From positions 2,604,001 to 2,668,000 of the forward strand of contig CM074812.1 of assembly GCA_037447605.1 (NCBI GenBank): a DNA stretch of 64,000 nt. The letters run 5' to 3'. This DNA is from Zygnema circumcarinatum SAG 698-1b. Its lineage: Eukaryota; Plantae; Zygnematophyceae. The notes under the pieces are model-generated. The model worked only from the letters and a program-made list of their open reading frames with translations. It made no database searches and was not told where the DNA came from. Positions 47,851-59,100 of this stretch are shown one piece after another; the first letter of the stretch is position 1; each line of letters starts with the position of its first letter. The position numbers and the translations under genes were made by a program.

Positions 47851-48135
47851 TGCGCAAATCGACAGTCCAGTCCATACGGTCCGTACGGTTCGTGGAACCA
47901 ATCGGAGACGCTGGTCACACCTGCAAGCACGCTGATTGGCTGGCACGTCTACGGTACGGAGTCAAGAAGCGTACGGCTTTGGCTGGAGGGAAGCAGAGAG
48001 AGGGAGCGAGGGCGACGGAGTGAGTGAGAGCGAGAGAAAGAGAGGACGAGAGAGAGCGAGAGACAGAAAAAGAGAGAGAGATAGAAAGAGAGAGAGAGCG
48101 AGACAGATCGAGAGAGAGGGAGAGAAGACGCAGCC

Positions 48136-51066
48136 ATGACAGAGGAATACCCCGTAGTAGAGTCGTCCGAGTCCCAGGTCGACTCCGCCCCACTCCCTCC
48201 CCCTCCCACTCCCTCTCCCACTCCCACTCCCTCTCCCTCTCCCTCTCTCCCTTCGCCCGCCGACGCGGTCGTCGTGAAGTTCGGAACCGAGACCGCGGTC
48301 GTCGACGTGTCGTCAGCGGTGACCGTCGATGACGTCATCCATACCCTGCTGAGCGTTTTCCGGCTGTCACGTGGCGCGCGGACGATCATGAAGCGGGAAA
48401 GCGACGGAGCCGTGGTCGTGCCCGGCCCAAAGCTGCCGCCCGGCGAGTACCTCCTGCAGGAGGTGGAAGGTAGGCGGTGTTCAGGGTTCAGGATCCGAGA
48501 TCTGAGAGGTGTAGGGTTTAGGGTTTAGGGTTCAGGGTTTAAGGTTGAGGGTCAGGGTTCAAGGCTAAGGGTCTGGGATCCGAGGGGTGTAGTGTTAAGG
48601 GTTCAGGATTTGAGATCTGAGATGTTTAGTGTATAGGGTTAGGGTTTTGGGTTAGGATCAGGGTGCAGGGCTCAGGATCTGAGATCTGAGGGGTTTAGGG
48701 TTTTTTTAGGGTTCAAGATCCGAGATCTGATTGGATTAGGGTTCCGGTCAGGGAGGCTCCGGCATCTGAGATGTCTAGGGTGTACAGTTAAGAGTTTAGG
48801 GTTGAGGGTTGAGGATTCGCGATCTGAGACTTTTAGGGTTCAGAGCTTAGGGTTTTACGGTTCAGCATCCGGAAGGGCAGCGATGGTTTAGGGTTTAGGG
48901 TTGAGGGTTCACGATCCGAGCTTTGAGAGGCTTAGGTCGTATAGGGTTGAAGGTTCAGGATTCGAGATCTGAGTCTTTGTTCAGGTTTAGGGTTCAGGGT
49001 TTGGAATTTGGCGTTTGCTTGGCTAGACTTGACTTCGCTTAATTAGTCTTGGCTTGGCTACCCAGTCGTGGCTTGAACTGCCTAGTGTTGACTTGGCTTG
49101 GTGGTTAATCTTGACTTGCTTTGGCTTGGTTTACATTTCTGTTTGAAGTGAATTGGATCAGCGATGCCGTGATTGGTTGGATCTGATATGTCGATGTGAA
49201 ACGAGCAGGAGGATGCGGGTTGGATGTATGATGTACATGCTGCAATATGATGCTATGTGATGGAATGTGGTGATGTTATGTGATGTATGGTGACCAAAAG
49301 TGATGTCAGAGGATGTATGAGGTTTCGAGAATATGTTGGATGGCGAGAGTTTTCTGTTGCTGTATGACAGAGCCTACATGGCAGGATATGTCCAGCCACC
49401 TTCACTGACTTCACCCTCCCTCCCTCCCCCCTCCCACCCTCCTCCTCCTCCTCCCTCCTCCCCTCCCTCCCTCCCTCCCTCCCTCCCTCCCTCCCTCCCC
49501 CCTCCTCCCCTCCCTCCCTCCCTCCCTCCCTCCCTCCCTCCCTCCTCCCCTCCCTCCCTCCCTCCCTCCCTCCCTCCCTCCCTCTCCCTCCCTCCCTCCC
49601 TCCCTCCCTCCCTCCCTCCCTCCTCCCCTCCCTCCCTCCCTCCCTCCCTCCCTCCCTCCCTCCCTCCCTCCCTCCCTCCTCCCCTCCCTCCCTCCTCCCT
49701 CCCTCCCTCCCTCCCTCCCTCCCTCCCTCCCTCCCTCCCTCCCTCCCTCCCTCCCTCCCTCCCTCCTCCCCTCCCTCCTCCCTCCTCCCTCCTCCCCTCC
49801 CCTCCCTCCCCTTCCCTCCTCCTCCCCTCCCTCCCCTCCTCTCCCTCCCTCCCTCCCTCCCCTCCCCTCCCTCCTCCCCTCCCTCCCTCCCCCTCCCTCC
49901 CCTCCTCCCCTCCCCTCCCTCCCTCCTCCCTCCTCCCTTCTTTCTCCAGCCCCCTAGTCGCCGACAAGGCATCTGTGAGACCCACTTATCCGGCGCCGCC
50001 AGCACCTCCAAGAGAGACCTCCCCTCGTCGTGAGCGCGGTGAGGCCGGACGCCCAAATCTGTCGGTGAGGCCCTCCCAGGGCGGGAATGCCACGCGGGGC
50101 GGTCTGCGCAGGCGGGGACGCGCCTGCAAATGGCGAGAGGACACCTGGCAGTGGCGGGGGGCCACGTCAGCAGGGGGCTGACGGTGGCGGGGGGCCACGT
50201 CAACAGGGGGCTGGCGGTGGCGGGGACACATGTGGGAGCGGCGCTCAGTACAACGGGGACACATGTGGGGGGGGCTCTCAGTACGGCCGGGACGCACGTG
50301 CAGACGCAGGTGAGGGAGAGGGGTGGGGGAGGGGAGGGAGGTAGGGAGGGAGGGAGGGAGGGAGGGAGGGAGAAAGGGAGGGAGGGAGAGGAAGGAAGGG
50401 GAGTGTGACGTGGGGAGGGAGGAGAGGAAGGGAAGGGAGGGAGGGGAGGAAGGGAAGGGATGGAGAGAGAGGGGGGAAGGGGAGGTGGAGGCAGGGAGGG
50501 GGTGTGAGAGAGGGGGGGAAAGAAGGGGGAGGGTGAGGTGGGGGAGGGAGGGGGGGAGGGGAGAGGGATGAGGGGAGGGGGAGGGAGGGAGGGGTTGGGA
50601 GAGAGGCAGGGGAAGAAGGGGGAGGGTGAGGTGGGGGAGGAGGGGGGATGGAAGAGGGGGAGGTGATGGGGAGGGAGGTAGGGGGTGGGAGATTGAGGGA
50701 GGGAGTCAATCCTTCCAGTCCTGAACCCTTATCTCTAAAATCCTTAACCTGCAACCTTAATTCTTAAACACTCACGACCATCAGACGACCGTCAAACCTG
50801 AAACCTTAAACCCTAATGCCTACACCCTAAACTCTCGAGGGCCCTTTTCCATGTGTCAGTTGCGCAATCTCACAACGGCGGCCACGGCCCACACGACGGC
50901 GAACTCCACCACGTGGTACTCAAAGCTGTGGCTCGGCCTCGTGCGGTGTGCGCCTGCCCCCATCTCCTTCATTACGGGCATTCCCACGGAGGAGCTTCTG
51001 CGTGTCGAGGAGCCTCCAAGCAGCACCGACGGAGTGCCTGTCAGCACTCCCGCCACCACTTCATAG
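48136..51066 (+). CDS. Uncharacterised protein (about 302 aa reconstructed): Pro-rich N-terminus, PB1/ubiquitin-like domain, amphipathic 11-mer repeats; copy 1
   Basis: Exons 48136-48469, 49950-50309, 50860-51066. The first ~160 nt of exon 2 are garbled (net -8 nt, TAG at codon 3) relative to the intact paralogue at 55746-55952. Substituting that segment gives a 368-nt exon that is in phase at both ends. Confidence 0.65.
48480..49010. repeat. Telomere-like array mixed with ggatccgagatctgag motifs; paralogous array at 53810-54760
   Basis: ttagggttt/tcagggtt units interspersed with a recurring gatccgaga(tctgag) motif. Confidence 0.8.
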
Positions 51067-51074
51067 AGAGAGAG

Positions 51075-51200
<126 letters not shown>

Positions 51201-51216
51201 GGAGAGAGAGAGAGAG

Positions 51217-51248
<32 letters not shown>

Positions 51249-51298
51249 GGAGAGAGAGAGAGAGGAGAGAGAGAGAGAGCGAGAGAGAGAGAGAGAGG

Positions 51299-51357
<59 letters not shown>

Positions 51358-52567
51358 GAAAAATTGGGAGTGTGACACACATAAGCGCATCAGATTTATT
51401 CAACCCTAAATCCTGCCCTGGGCCGTGTACCCTGGCACGAGCGATGATCCTCGATTGGGAGGTGTGACAGGTGTAGACGGTGATGGACGGGTGTATGTAT
51501 AGTGATTTTATTTGTTTTAGGAGTGTTCGCAAAAGACCTTAACCCTAAACCCTAAAGTTTGAAACCCTATTATGTGCCGGTGCCTGCGGCCTCTTTGGAG
51601 ACATTCCGGTTTAAGTTTTGGGCATCATTTTTTTCGGGTAGTATGGAAGCTGATTTTGTCACGTCACAAAGGAGTTGAAAGGTGGGTTTTGTTGTAGTCT
51701 TTGGCGTGTGATTTTCCATGTCTTAGTTGCAGGTACGGGTGACGGATTCAGTCGGTTGGGATCTTATGTCCTGCGGGCTGCTGTTCAGGCAGGAGGAGTT
51801 TCCATGTGACGGCAGAGTCAGTTAGATGAGAAATTGTGATTATGGGATGTGTTGTTTTGGTGTGCGGAATTGATTAAGAACAATTTTTTATTTTGCGTCT
51901 AATCCTGTCTGTGTTTTTCTCCTTTTTTGTGTTTCCTTCTGTCAGTGGCTTCCATCTGTTTGCGACCTCTCTAGTTTACTGTTGGATATGTGAAGAAGCT
52001 TTTGCAGGTCTATGGCCGTTCGCTGACTCTATGATGATGAGCGTTCCGTTATCCGCAACTGGGAACCGTTGAAGTAGGTTTCCCTTTCTGATGTGTCTTT
52101 AGAGGTGGGTTTATTTCCAGTGTGGGAGCTCATTTGATGTGTGGTTCGCACGTTTGCATATCCGAGTTTCTGAAGTTGCAAACCCGGCGCTGCATGCAAG
52201 TGCATGCAGATGTCACCGCATTGTCTGCCAGCTCTCATATTATAAAGTAAGACTCTCGCCTCACTTCGCCAGTACGCTGCCTTGGCACGAAACCACGAGT
52301 TCCCCACCGAAACTCGAAATTTGAATACCTCATGTTCACACGTGCTCGTGCGACTAAAAACTTCGATTTTCATCCAATCACCTCACGCCACATCACCCAA
52401 AACTCGACCTTTTACCCAGTCAGATTACTCCATGTCAAGTGCGCTAAGAGAACCAATCGAACCAATTAGACATAGGACCCTAATTCGTAAACCGACGACC
52501 ATTTCCCAACTTCTGCACACCTGCACACATGAAACTCGCATCGCGAAAGTTCCCTATTGGCCTTCCT

Positions 52568-52905
52568 CCCCAAATCCACCCCCAAATCCGCCCCCCAAAT
52601 CCGCCTTCAAATCCTCCCCAAATTCGCCCACAAACCGACCCCCAAATCCACCCCGAAATCCGCTCCCAAATCCTCCAAATCCGCATCCAAATCCGCCCCC
52701 AAAATCCGCCCCCAAACCGCTCCCAAATCCGCCTCCAAATCCGCCCCCAAAATCCGCCCCCAAACCGCTCCCAAATCCGCCTCCAAATCCGCCCGAAAAT
52801 CCGCCCCCCAAATCCGCCTCCAAATCCGCCCCAAAATCCGCCCCCAAAATCTGCCCCCAAATTCGCCCCCAAATCCGCCCCAAAATCCGCCCCCAAATCC
52901 GCCTC
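52568..52905. repeat. 12/13-bp C-rich minisatellite (ccaaatccgccc), paralogous copy at 57390-57560
   Basis: Visible tandem ccaaatccgccc(c) units; the paralogous copy is about half as long. Confidence 0.85.
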
Positions 52906-53343
52906 CACGGCCCTTTTAACTCTACGCGCCCTCTCGGCGGCTTAGAAACGAAACCACGAAATTTCTCCGCCGCGGGCCCCGCCTCGCCCCGTCCGTAAGT
53001 GAGCGGGGCCTGCTCGCTGCCCGGCCCGCACTATTGGGCGGGCCTGCCTGCCGTCCAGGCTTCTAGGGTTTTAGGGTGTAGGGGTTAGGGTCAGGGTTTC
53101 GGGTTTTAGGGCTTAGAGTTTTAGGAATTTAGGGTTTTTAGGATTTTTAGGGTTTATAGCATTTTAGGATTTTAGGATTTTAGGGTTTTAGGGTTTTAGG
53201 GTTTTTAGGGTTTCAAGGTTTTCAGGGTTTATTTTAGGGTTTGAGAGTTTTAATATTTATAGGGTATTAGGATTTTTAGGGGTTTTAGGATTTTTAGGGT
53301 TCGAGGCGGGCTCTCCGCCGTCACGCGCCCGAACCGCTTTATT

Positions 53344-53406
53344 TTAAAAGTCTTCTGAAACTTTCACCATCACCGCTTAGAATTCCCAATAATTGATCAC
53401 GCAATC
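53344..53406 (-). pseudogene. Duplicated CDPK terminal exon with a premature stop
   Basis: ctgcag|GAT TGC GTG ATC AAT TAT TGG GAA TTC TAA (DCVINYWEF*) parallels the functional exon 58078-58016 (DCVIDNWEFLAVMVKASEGF*). No upstream CDPK exons were copied. Confidence 0.8.
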
Positions 53407-53700
53407 CTGCAGACCACCTGCTTAGAAAAAGGTAAACTTCTATGAGATAAAAAACTGGAAAAGCCTTCCGCCCTTCAGCCTTGTTGGCCTCTATCGCCCC
53501 AAACCCGAAAACCTCTCCAAATCCGAAACCCTAAACCTTGAAGACCTCTCGATAAACTTGTCCCATCTCAAGCAGGTCCAAAAGAAGTTCGAGAAAATCT
53601 GACCGCACATAAAAGATTGTAGTAAGTGTCACTCTACAAAGGATCATAAAATAAAGGACACATCACAGAGAGCAAGCTTTGAAAATCACAACCATAACAG

Positions 53701-55361
53701 GAGGGGCGCGCGCACGATCTTGAAGCGGAAAAACGACAGGGCCGTTGTCGTGCCCGGCCCAAAGCTGCCGCCCGGCGAGTACCTCCTGCAGGAGGTGGAA
53801 GGTGGACTGTAGGGCTCAGGGTTTTAGGGTTCAGGGTCTGAGGGGGTTTAGGCTTAGGGCTTTGGATTTGGGACCTGAAGGGTTAAGGGTTCAGGGAAGG
53901 ATCCGAAATCTGAGAGGTGTAGGGTTTAGGGTTTAGGGTCAGAGGGGGTGAGGGCTCAGGGTCTGGGGTCTGAGGGGTTTAGGGTTAAGGGTTCGGGATC
54001 TGCGGCTGCCGCCCGGCAAGTACCACCTGGCGGAGGTGGAAGGTGGTCGGGGTTCGGGATCCGAGGTCTGAGAGGTTTCGGGTTTAAGTTTAGGGTTTCG
54101 GGTTTAGGGTTTAAAGTTTAGAGTCAGGGTTCAGGGGCCAGGGTCTGGGATCCGAGGGGTTAAGGGTTAAGGGTTCAGGATCCGAGGGGTTCAGGGTTTT
54201 GGGGTTCAGGATCCGAGGGGGTGAGAGGTGAAGGGTTCAGGATCCGGGAGGGTGAGGGTTTTAGGGTTAAGGATCCGAGGGGGTTAGGGGTTTAGGGCTC
54301 AGGATCTGAGTGGTTCAGGGTTTTAGGGTTTCGGGGCTCAGGGTCTGGGATCCGAGGGGTTAAGGGTTAAGGGTTTAGGATCCGAGATCTGAGAGGTTTA
54401 GGGTTTAGGGTAAAGGATTCAGGATCAGGGATCTGAGGGGTTTACAGTAAAGAGTTCAGGATCCGAGATCTGAGGTTTAGGGTTTGGATCAGGGTTCAGG
54501 GTCCGGGATCCGAGAGGTTTAGGGTTAAGGGTCAGAGAGGCTTCGGGATCTGAGAGGTCTAGGGCGTACGGTCAAAATTTTAGGGTTGAGGGTTCAGGAT
54601 CCGACATCTGAGAGTTCAAGGGTTCAGGGCTTAGAGTTTTACGGTTCAGCGTCCGGAAGTTTTCGGTGGGGGTTTAGGGTTTAGGATTGAGGGTTCAGGA
54701 TTCGATATCTGAGTCTTTGTTCAGCTTGAGGGTTTAGGGTTTAGGGTTTGGGATTTGGGTTTTGATCCGCTAGACTTGACTTCGCTTAATTAGTCGTGGC
54801 TTGAACTGGCTAGTGTTGACTTGGCTTGGTGGCTAATCCTGACTTGCTTTGGCTTGGTTTACATGTATGTTTGAAGTGAATTGGATCAGCGATGCCGTGA
54901 TTGGTTGGATCTGATATGTCGATGTGAAACGAACAGGAGGATGCGGGTTGGATGTATGATGTACATGCTGCAATGTGATGCTATGTGGTGATGCTATGTG
55001 ATGTATGGTGCCCAAAAGTGATGTCAGAGGATGTATGAGGTTTCGAGAATATGTTGGATGGCGAGAGTTTTCTGTGGCTAAATGTCAGAGCCTACATGGC
55101 AGGATATGTCCAGCCACCTTCACTGACTTCACCTTCAGTTTCTACCCCTATCCCTCTCCCTTTCACTCTCCCTCTCTCCCTTGCTCCCCTCTTGCTCGCG
55201 TTTTACCTCCTGCCTCTGCCCCCTCCCCCGCTTCCTTCCTCCCATTTCCTCCTTCTTTCCCCACCCACTCCCTCCCCCTCCCTCCCTCCCTCCCTCCCTC
55301 CTCCCTCCCTCTTTTCTTTTCTTTCTTTCTTTCTTTTCTTTCTTTCTTTCTTTCTTTCTTT

Positions 55362-55393
<32 letters not shown>

Positions 55394-55405
55394 TTCTTTC
55401 TTTCT

Positions 55406-55442
<37 letters not shown>

Positions 55443-55459
55443 TTTCTTTCTTTCTTTCT

Positions 55460-55499
<40 letters not shown>

Positions 55500-56635
55500 T
55501 TCTTTCCTTCCTTCTTTCCCTTCCTCCCTCCCTCCTCCTCCCTCTCCCTCCCTCCCTCTCCCTCCCCTCCCTTCCCCTCCCTCCCTCCCCCCCCCTCCCT
55601 TTCCCCCCCTCCTCCCTCCCCCCCCGTCTCCCCCCCTCCCTCCCCTTCTCCTCCCTCCCTCCCCGTCTCCTCCCCTCCCTCCCCCCCCCTCCTCCCTCCC
55701 CCCCGCCGCTCCCTCGCTTCCCCCCTGCCCCCCCCCCCCCCTCAGCCCCCTGGAAAGTCGCGTACAAGAACATCCGCGACATGGACTTCGCTGCCGCCCG
55801 CGAGCACTTTCAAGAGAAGACCCTCCCCTTCGTGAACAGCGCCGGCCAGGGCGCCAAATCTGTCGGCGAGGCCCTCCAAAAGGCGCACGCGCACGCGGGG
55901 ACGGGTCTGGCGGAGGCGGGGACGCGCCTGCAAATGGCGAGAGGACACCTGGNNNNNNNNNNGAGGGGAGGGGGAGGGAGGGAGGAGGTGGCGGAGGAGG
56001 GGACGAAGGGGGAGGATGAGGTGGGGGAGGTGGGGAGGGGAGAGGGGGGAGGGGAGGGGGAGGGAGGGAGGGAGGGGGTGGGGGAGAGGGAGGGGACGAA
56101 GGGGGAGGTTGGGTTGGGGGAGGAGGTGGGGAGGGGAGAGGAGGAAGTTGAGGGGGATGGAGGGAAGAGGTGGGAGAGAGAGAGGGGAACTCGGGGGAGG
56201 GTGAGGGGCGGGAGGGAGGGGAGGCGGGGAAGGGTGGTAGTTCCTCAGTACGGCTGCCACTCTATGCAGACGCAGGTGGAAAGTTGGGGAAGGGAGGGAA
56301 TGGAGGGGGGGAAGAGAGTGGGAGCGAGTCAATCCTTCCAGCCCTGAACCCTTATCTCTTAAATCCTTAACCTGCAACCTTAATTCCTAAACACTCACGA
56401 CCTACAAACGACCATCAGACCTGAAACCTTAAACCCTAATCCCTACACCCTAAACTCTCGAGGGCCCTTTTCCATGTGTCAGTTGCGCAATCTCACAACG
56501 GCGGCCACGGCCCACACGACGGCGAACTCCACCACGTGGTACTCAAAGCTGTGGCTCGGCCTCGTGCGGTGTGCGCCTGCCCCCATCTCCTTCATTACGG
56601 GCATTCCCACGGAGGAGCTTCTGCGTGACTGCTGA
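53701..56635 (+). pseudogene. 5'-truncated duplicate (copy 2) of the PB1-like/11-mer-repeat gene
   Basis: Only the last ~100 nt of exon 1 remain (53701-53801), with an extra exon-end fragment at 54005-54042. Exon 2 is intact from 55746 to the gap at 55953, with a frameshifted exon-end remnant at about 56243-56274. Exon 3 (56483-56635) is cut by a deletion and ends LLRDC*. Confidence 0.7.
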
Positions 56636-57714
56636 CGGATTCAGTTGGTTGTGATGTTATCCTGCGGGATTCTATTCAGGCAGGCGGTGTTTCCATGCGA
56701 CGGCGAAGTCAGTTAGACGAAAAATTGTGATTATGGGACGTGTTGTTTTGGTGTGCGAAAATGATTAAGAACAATTATTATTTTCCTCTATTCCTTTGTG
56801 TTCTTTTCCTTTTCTTGGTTTCTTCTTTTATTGGCTTCCATGTGTTTGGCGCCCTCTCTAGTTTACTGTTGGATTTTAGGGTTTCCAGGGTTTTTAGGGT
56901 CTGTGCAAACGCTTTTGCAGTTCTATGACTGTTTGCTGACTCTGTGATGATTGGCGGTCCGTTATCTGCAACTGGGCACCGTTGAAGAAGGTTTCCCTTC
57001 TGATGTGTCTTTAGAGGTGGGTTTATTTTCAGTGTGGGAGGGCATTTGATGTGTAGTTCGCACATTTGCATATCCGAGTTTCTGAAGTTGCAAACTTGGC
57101 GCTGCATGGAACTGCATGCATATGTAACCGCATTGTAAATAAATAAATAAATTAAGACTCCCGCCTTCCTTCCCCGAAACTCGAAATTCGAATCCCTCGT
57201 GTTCAGACGTGCGCGTGCGGCCCAAAACTTAAACTTCTGCTTTCATCCAATCACCTTACGCCACGTCACCCACAACTCGACCTTTTACCCAGTCATATTA
57301 CACCACGTCTGAGCGCTAAGAGAACCAATCGAACCAATTAGACATAGGACCCTAATTCGTAAACCGACGACCACTTCCCAACTTCTGCACACCTCCAAAT
57401 TCGCCCACAAATCTACCCCCGAATCCACCCCGAAATCCGCTTCCAAATCCTCCAAATCCGCCTCCAAATCCGTCCCAAAATCCGCCCCAAAATCCGCCCC
57501 CCAAATCCTCCTCCAAATTCACCCCAAAACCCGCCCCAAAATCCGCCCCCAATTCCGCCTCCACGGCCCTTCCAAGACTACGCGCCCTCTCGGCGGCTTA
57601 GAAACGAAACCACGAAATTTCTCCGCGGGCCGCCCCTCGCCCCGTCCGTAAGTGAGCGGAGCCTGCTCGCTGCCCGGCCCGCACAATTGAGCGGGCCTGC
57701 CTGCCGTCCAGGCT

Positions 57715-59100
57715 TTTAGTGTTTTAGGGTTTAGGGGTTACGGGTTAGGGTTTAGGGGTTAGGTGTTAGGTTTTAGGGTTTAGGGTTTAGGGTATTGAGG
57801 TTCAGGGTTCACGGTTTATGGTTTTATGGTTTTAGGATTTTAAGGTTTAGGGTTTAGGGTTTAGGGTTTAGGGTTTAGGGTTTTAGGGTTTAGGGTTTAG
57901 GGTTTAGGGTTTAGGGTTTTAGGGTTTTAGAGTTTTTTGGATTTATAGGGTAGTAGGTCTTTTGGGGTTTTAGGCGGGCTCTCCGCCGTCACGTGCCCGC
58001 CCGAACCGCTTTATTTTAAAAGCCTTCTGAAGCTTTGACCATCACCGCTAGGAATTCCCAATTATCGATTACGCAATCCTGCAGATCACCCGCTCAGAAA
58101 CAAAGTAAAATTTTATGAGATAAAAAACTGGAAAGCCCTTCCGCCCTTCAGCCATGTTGAGCTCCATCGCGGACAATTGAGACACTGAAACCCTGAACCC
58201 TAAACCCTAAACCCTTGCCCTAAACCCCAAACCCTAAACCCTAAACCCTAAACCCTAAACCCTAAACCCTGAACAATTAACCCTAAACACTAAACTCTTA
58301 ACCCTAAAATCCAAACCCTAAACTCCAAACCCTAGACCCCTCCAAATCAATTCAGACGAGGAAAATGCAAGTGACCGCCCTCACACAAGTTATCTCCAAT
58401 AGCGAGTTCGGGCAAGGGCTTAGTGTTCAGCTTTTGCTTCCACACTACTACTGCGCAGGAGGTGATCCTCGGAAAAAGAGATACTATACTATGTATATAC
58501 CATACTTGGCTGTCAAGAATCCTGGGTATTTTTCAGGGGGAGACTGTATGTACAGTTGCATACCATAAATTTTTCTATTAAGCCGTTCCAATTTTCTATA
58601 TCAGTGACGATTTCTTGGGGAACAACTCCAATTAACGACCTAGATCTCTTAGGTTGGTTATCACCACACTATTTCCTTTTTCCAGTTCAAGTAAGGCATG
58701 AAGCTAAAAAAGCGGGGATCGTAGTTCCTTCAATGGAGCCCACCCTATGGATATAAATCCCGCGAGCAAGCTTTGAATATCACAACCCTACACCTTAAAC
58801 TCTAAACCCTAAATCCTAACCCTAAACCCTAAACCCTGAACAAAAAACTCTAAACCCTAAACACTAAACCACAAGCCCTAAACACTAGACCCTAAACTCC
58901 TAACTCTAAACAGTAAACCCTAAACCTAAACTCTAAACACTAAATCCTAGACCCTAAACCCTAAACCTTGAACACTAAACCCTAAACACTAAACCCTAAA
59001 TACTAAACCCTGAACACCAAACCCTAAACACTAAACCCTGAACACTAAACACTAAAATCCAAACCCTAAAATCCAAACCCTAAACTCCAAACCCTAAAAC
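57715..59100. repeat. Telomere-like arrays around the CDPK last exon (57715-57972, 58185-58340, 58780-59100)
   Basis: G-rich on one side and C-rich on the other side of exon 58016-58078; paralogous array at 53065-53300. Confidence 0.8.

Noticed and set aside
49270-49410. Intronic C/D snoRNA candidate
   Set aside because: The C box is imperfect (GTGATGT), there is no clear terminal stem or rRNA-complementary guide, and similarity to copy B is explained by the duplication.
52282-52998. Extensin-like Pro-rich ORF and Gly-rich antisense ORFs
   Set aside because: Built from a mixed 12/13-bp minisatellite whose length halves in the paralogous copy; no signal peptide or splice support.
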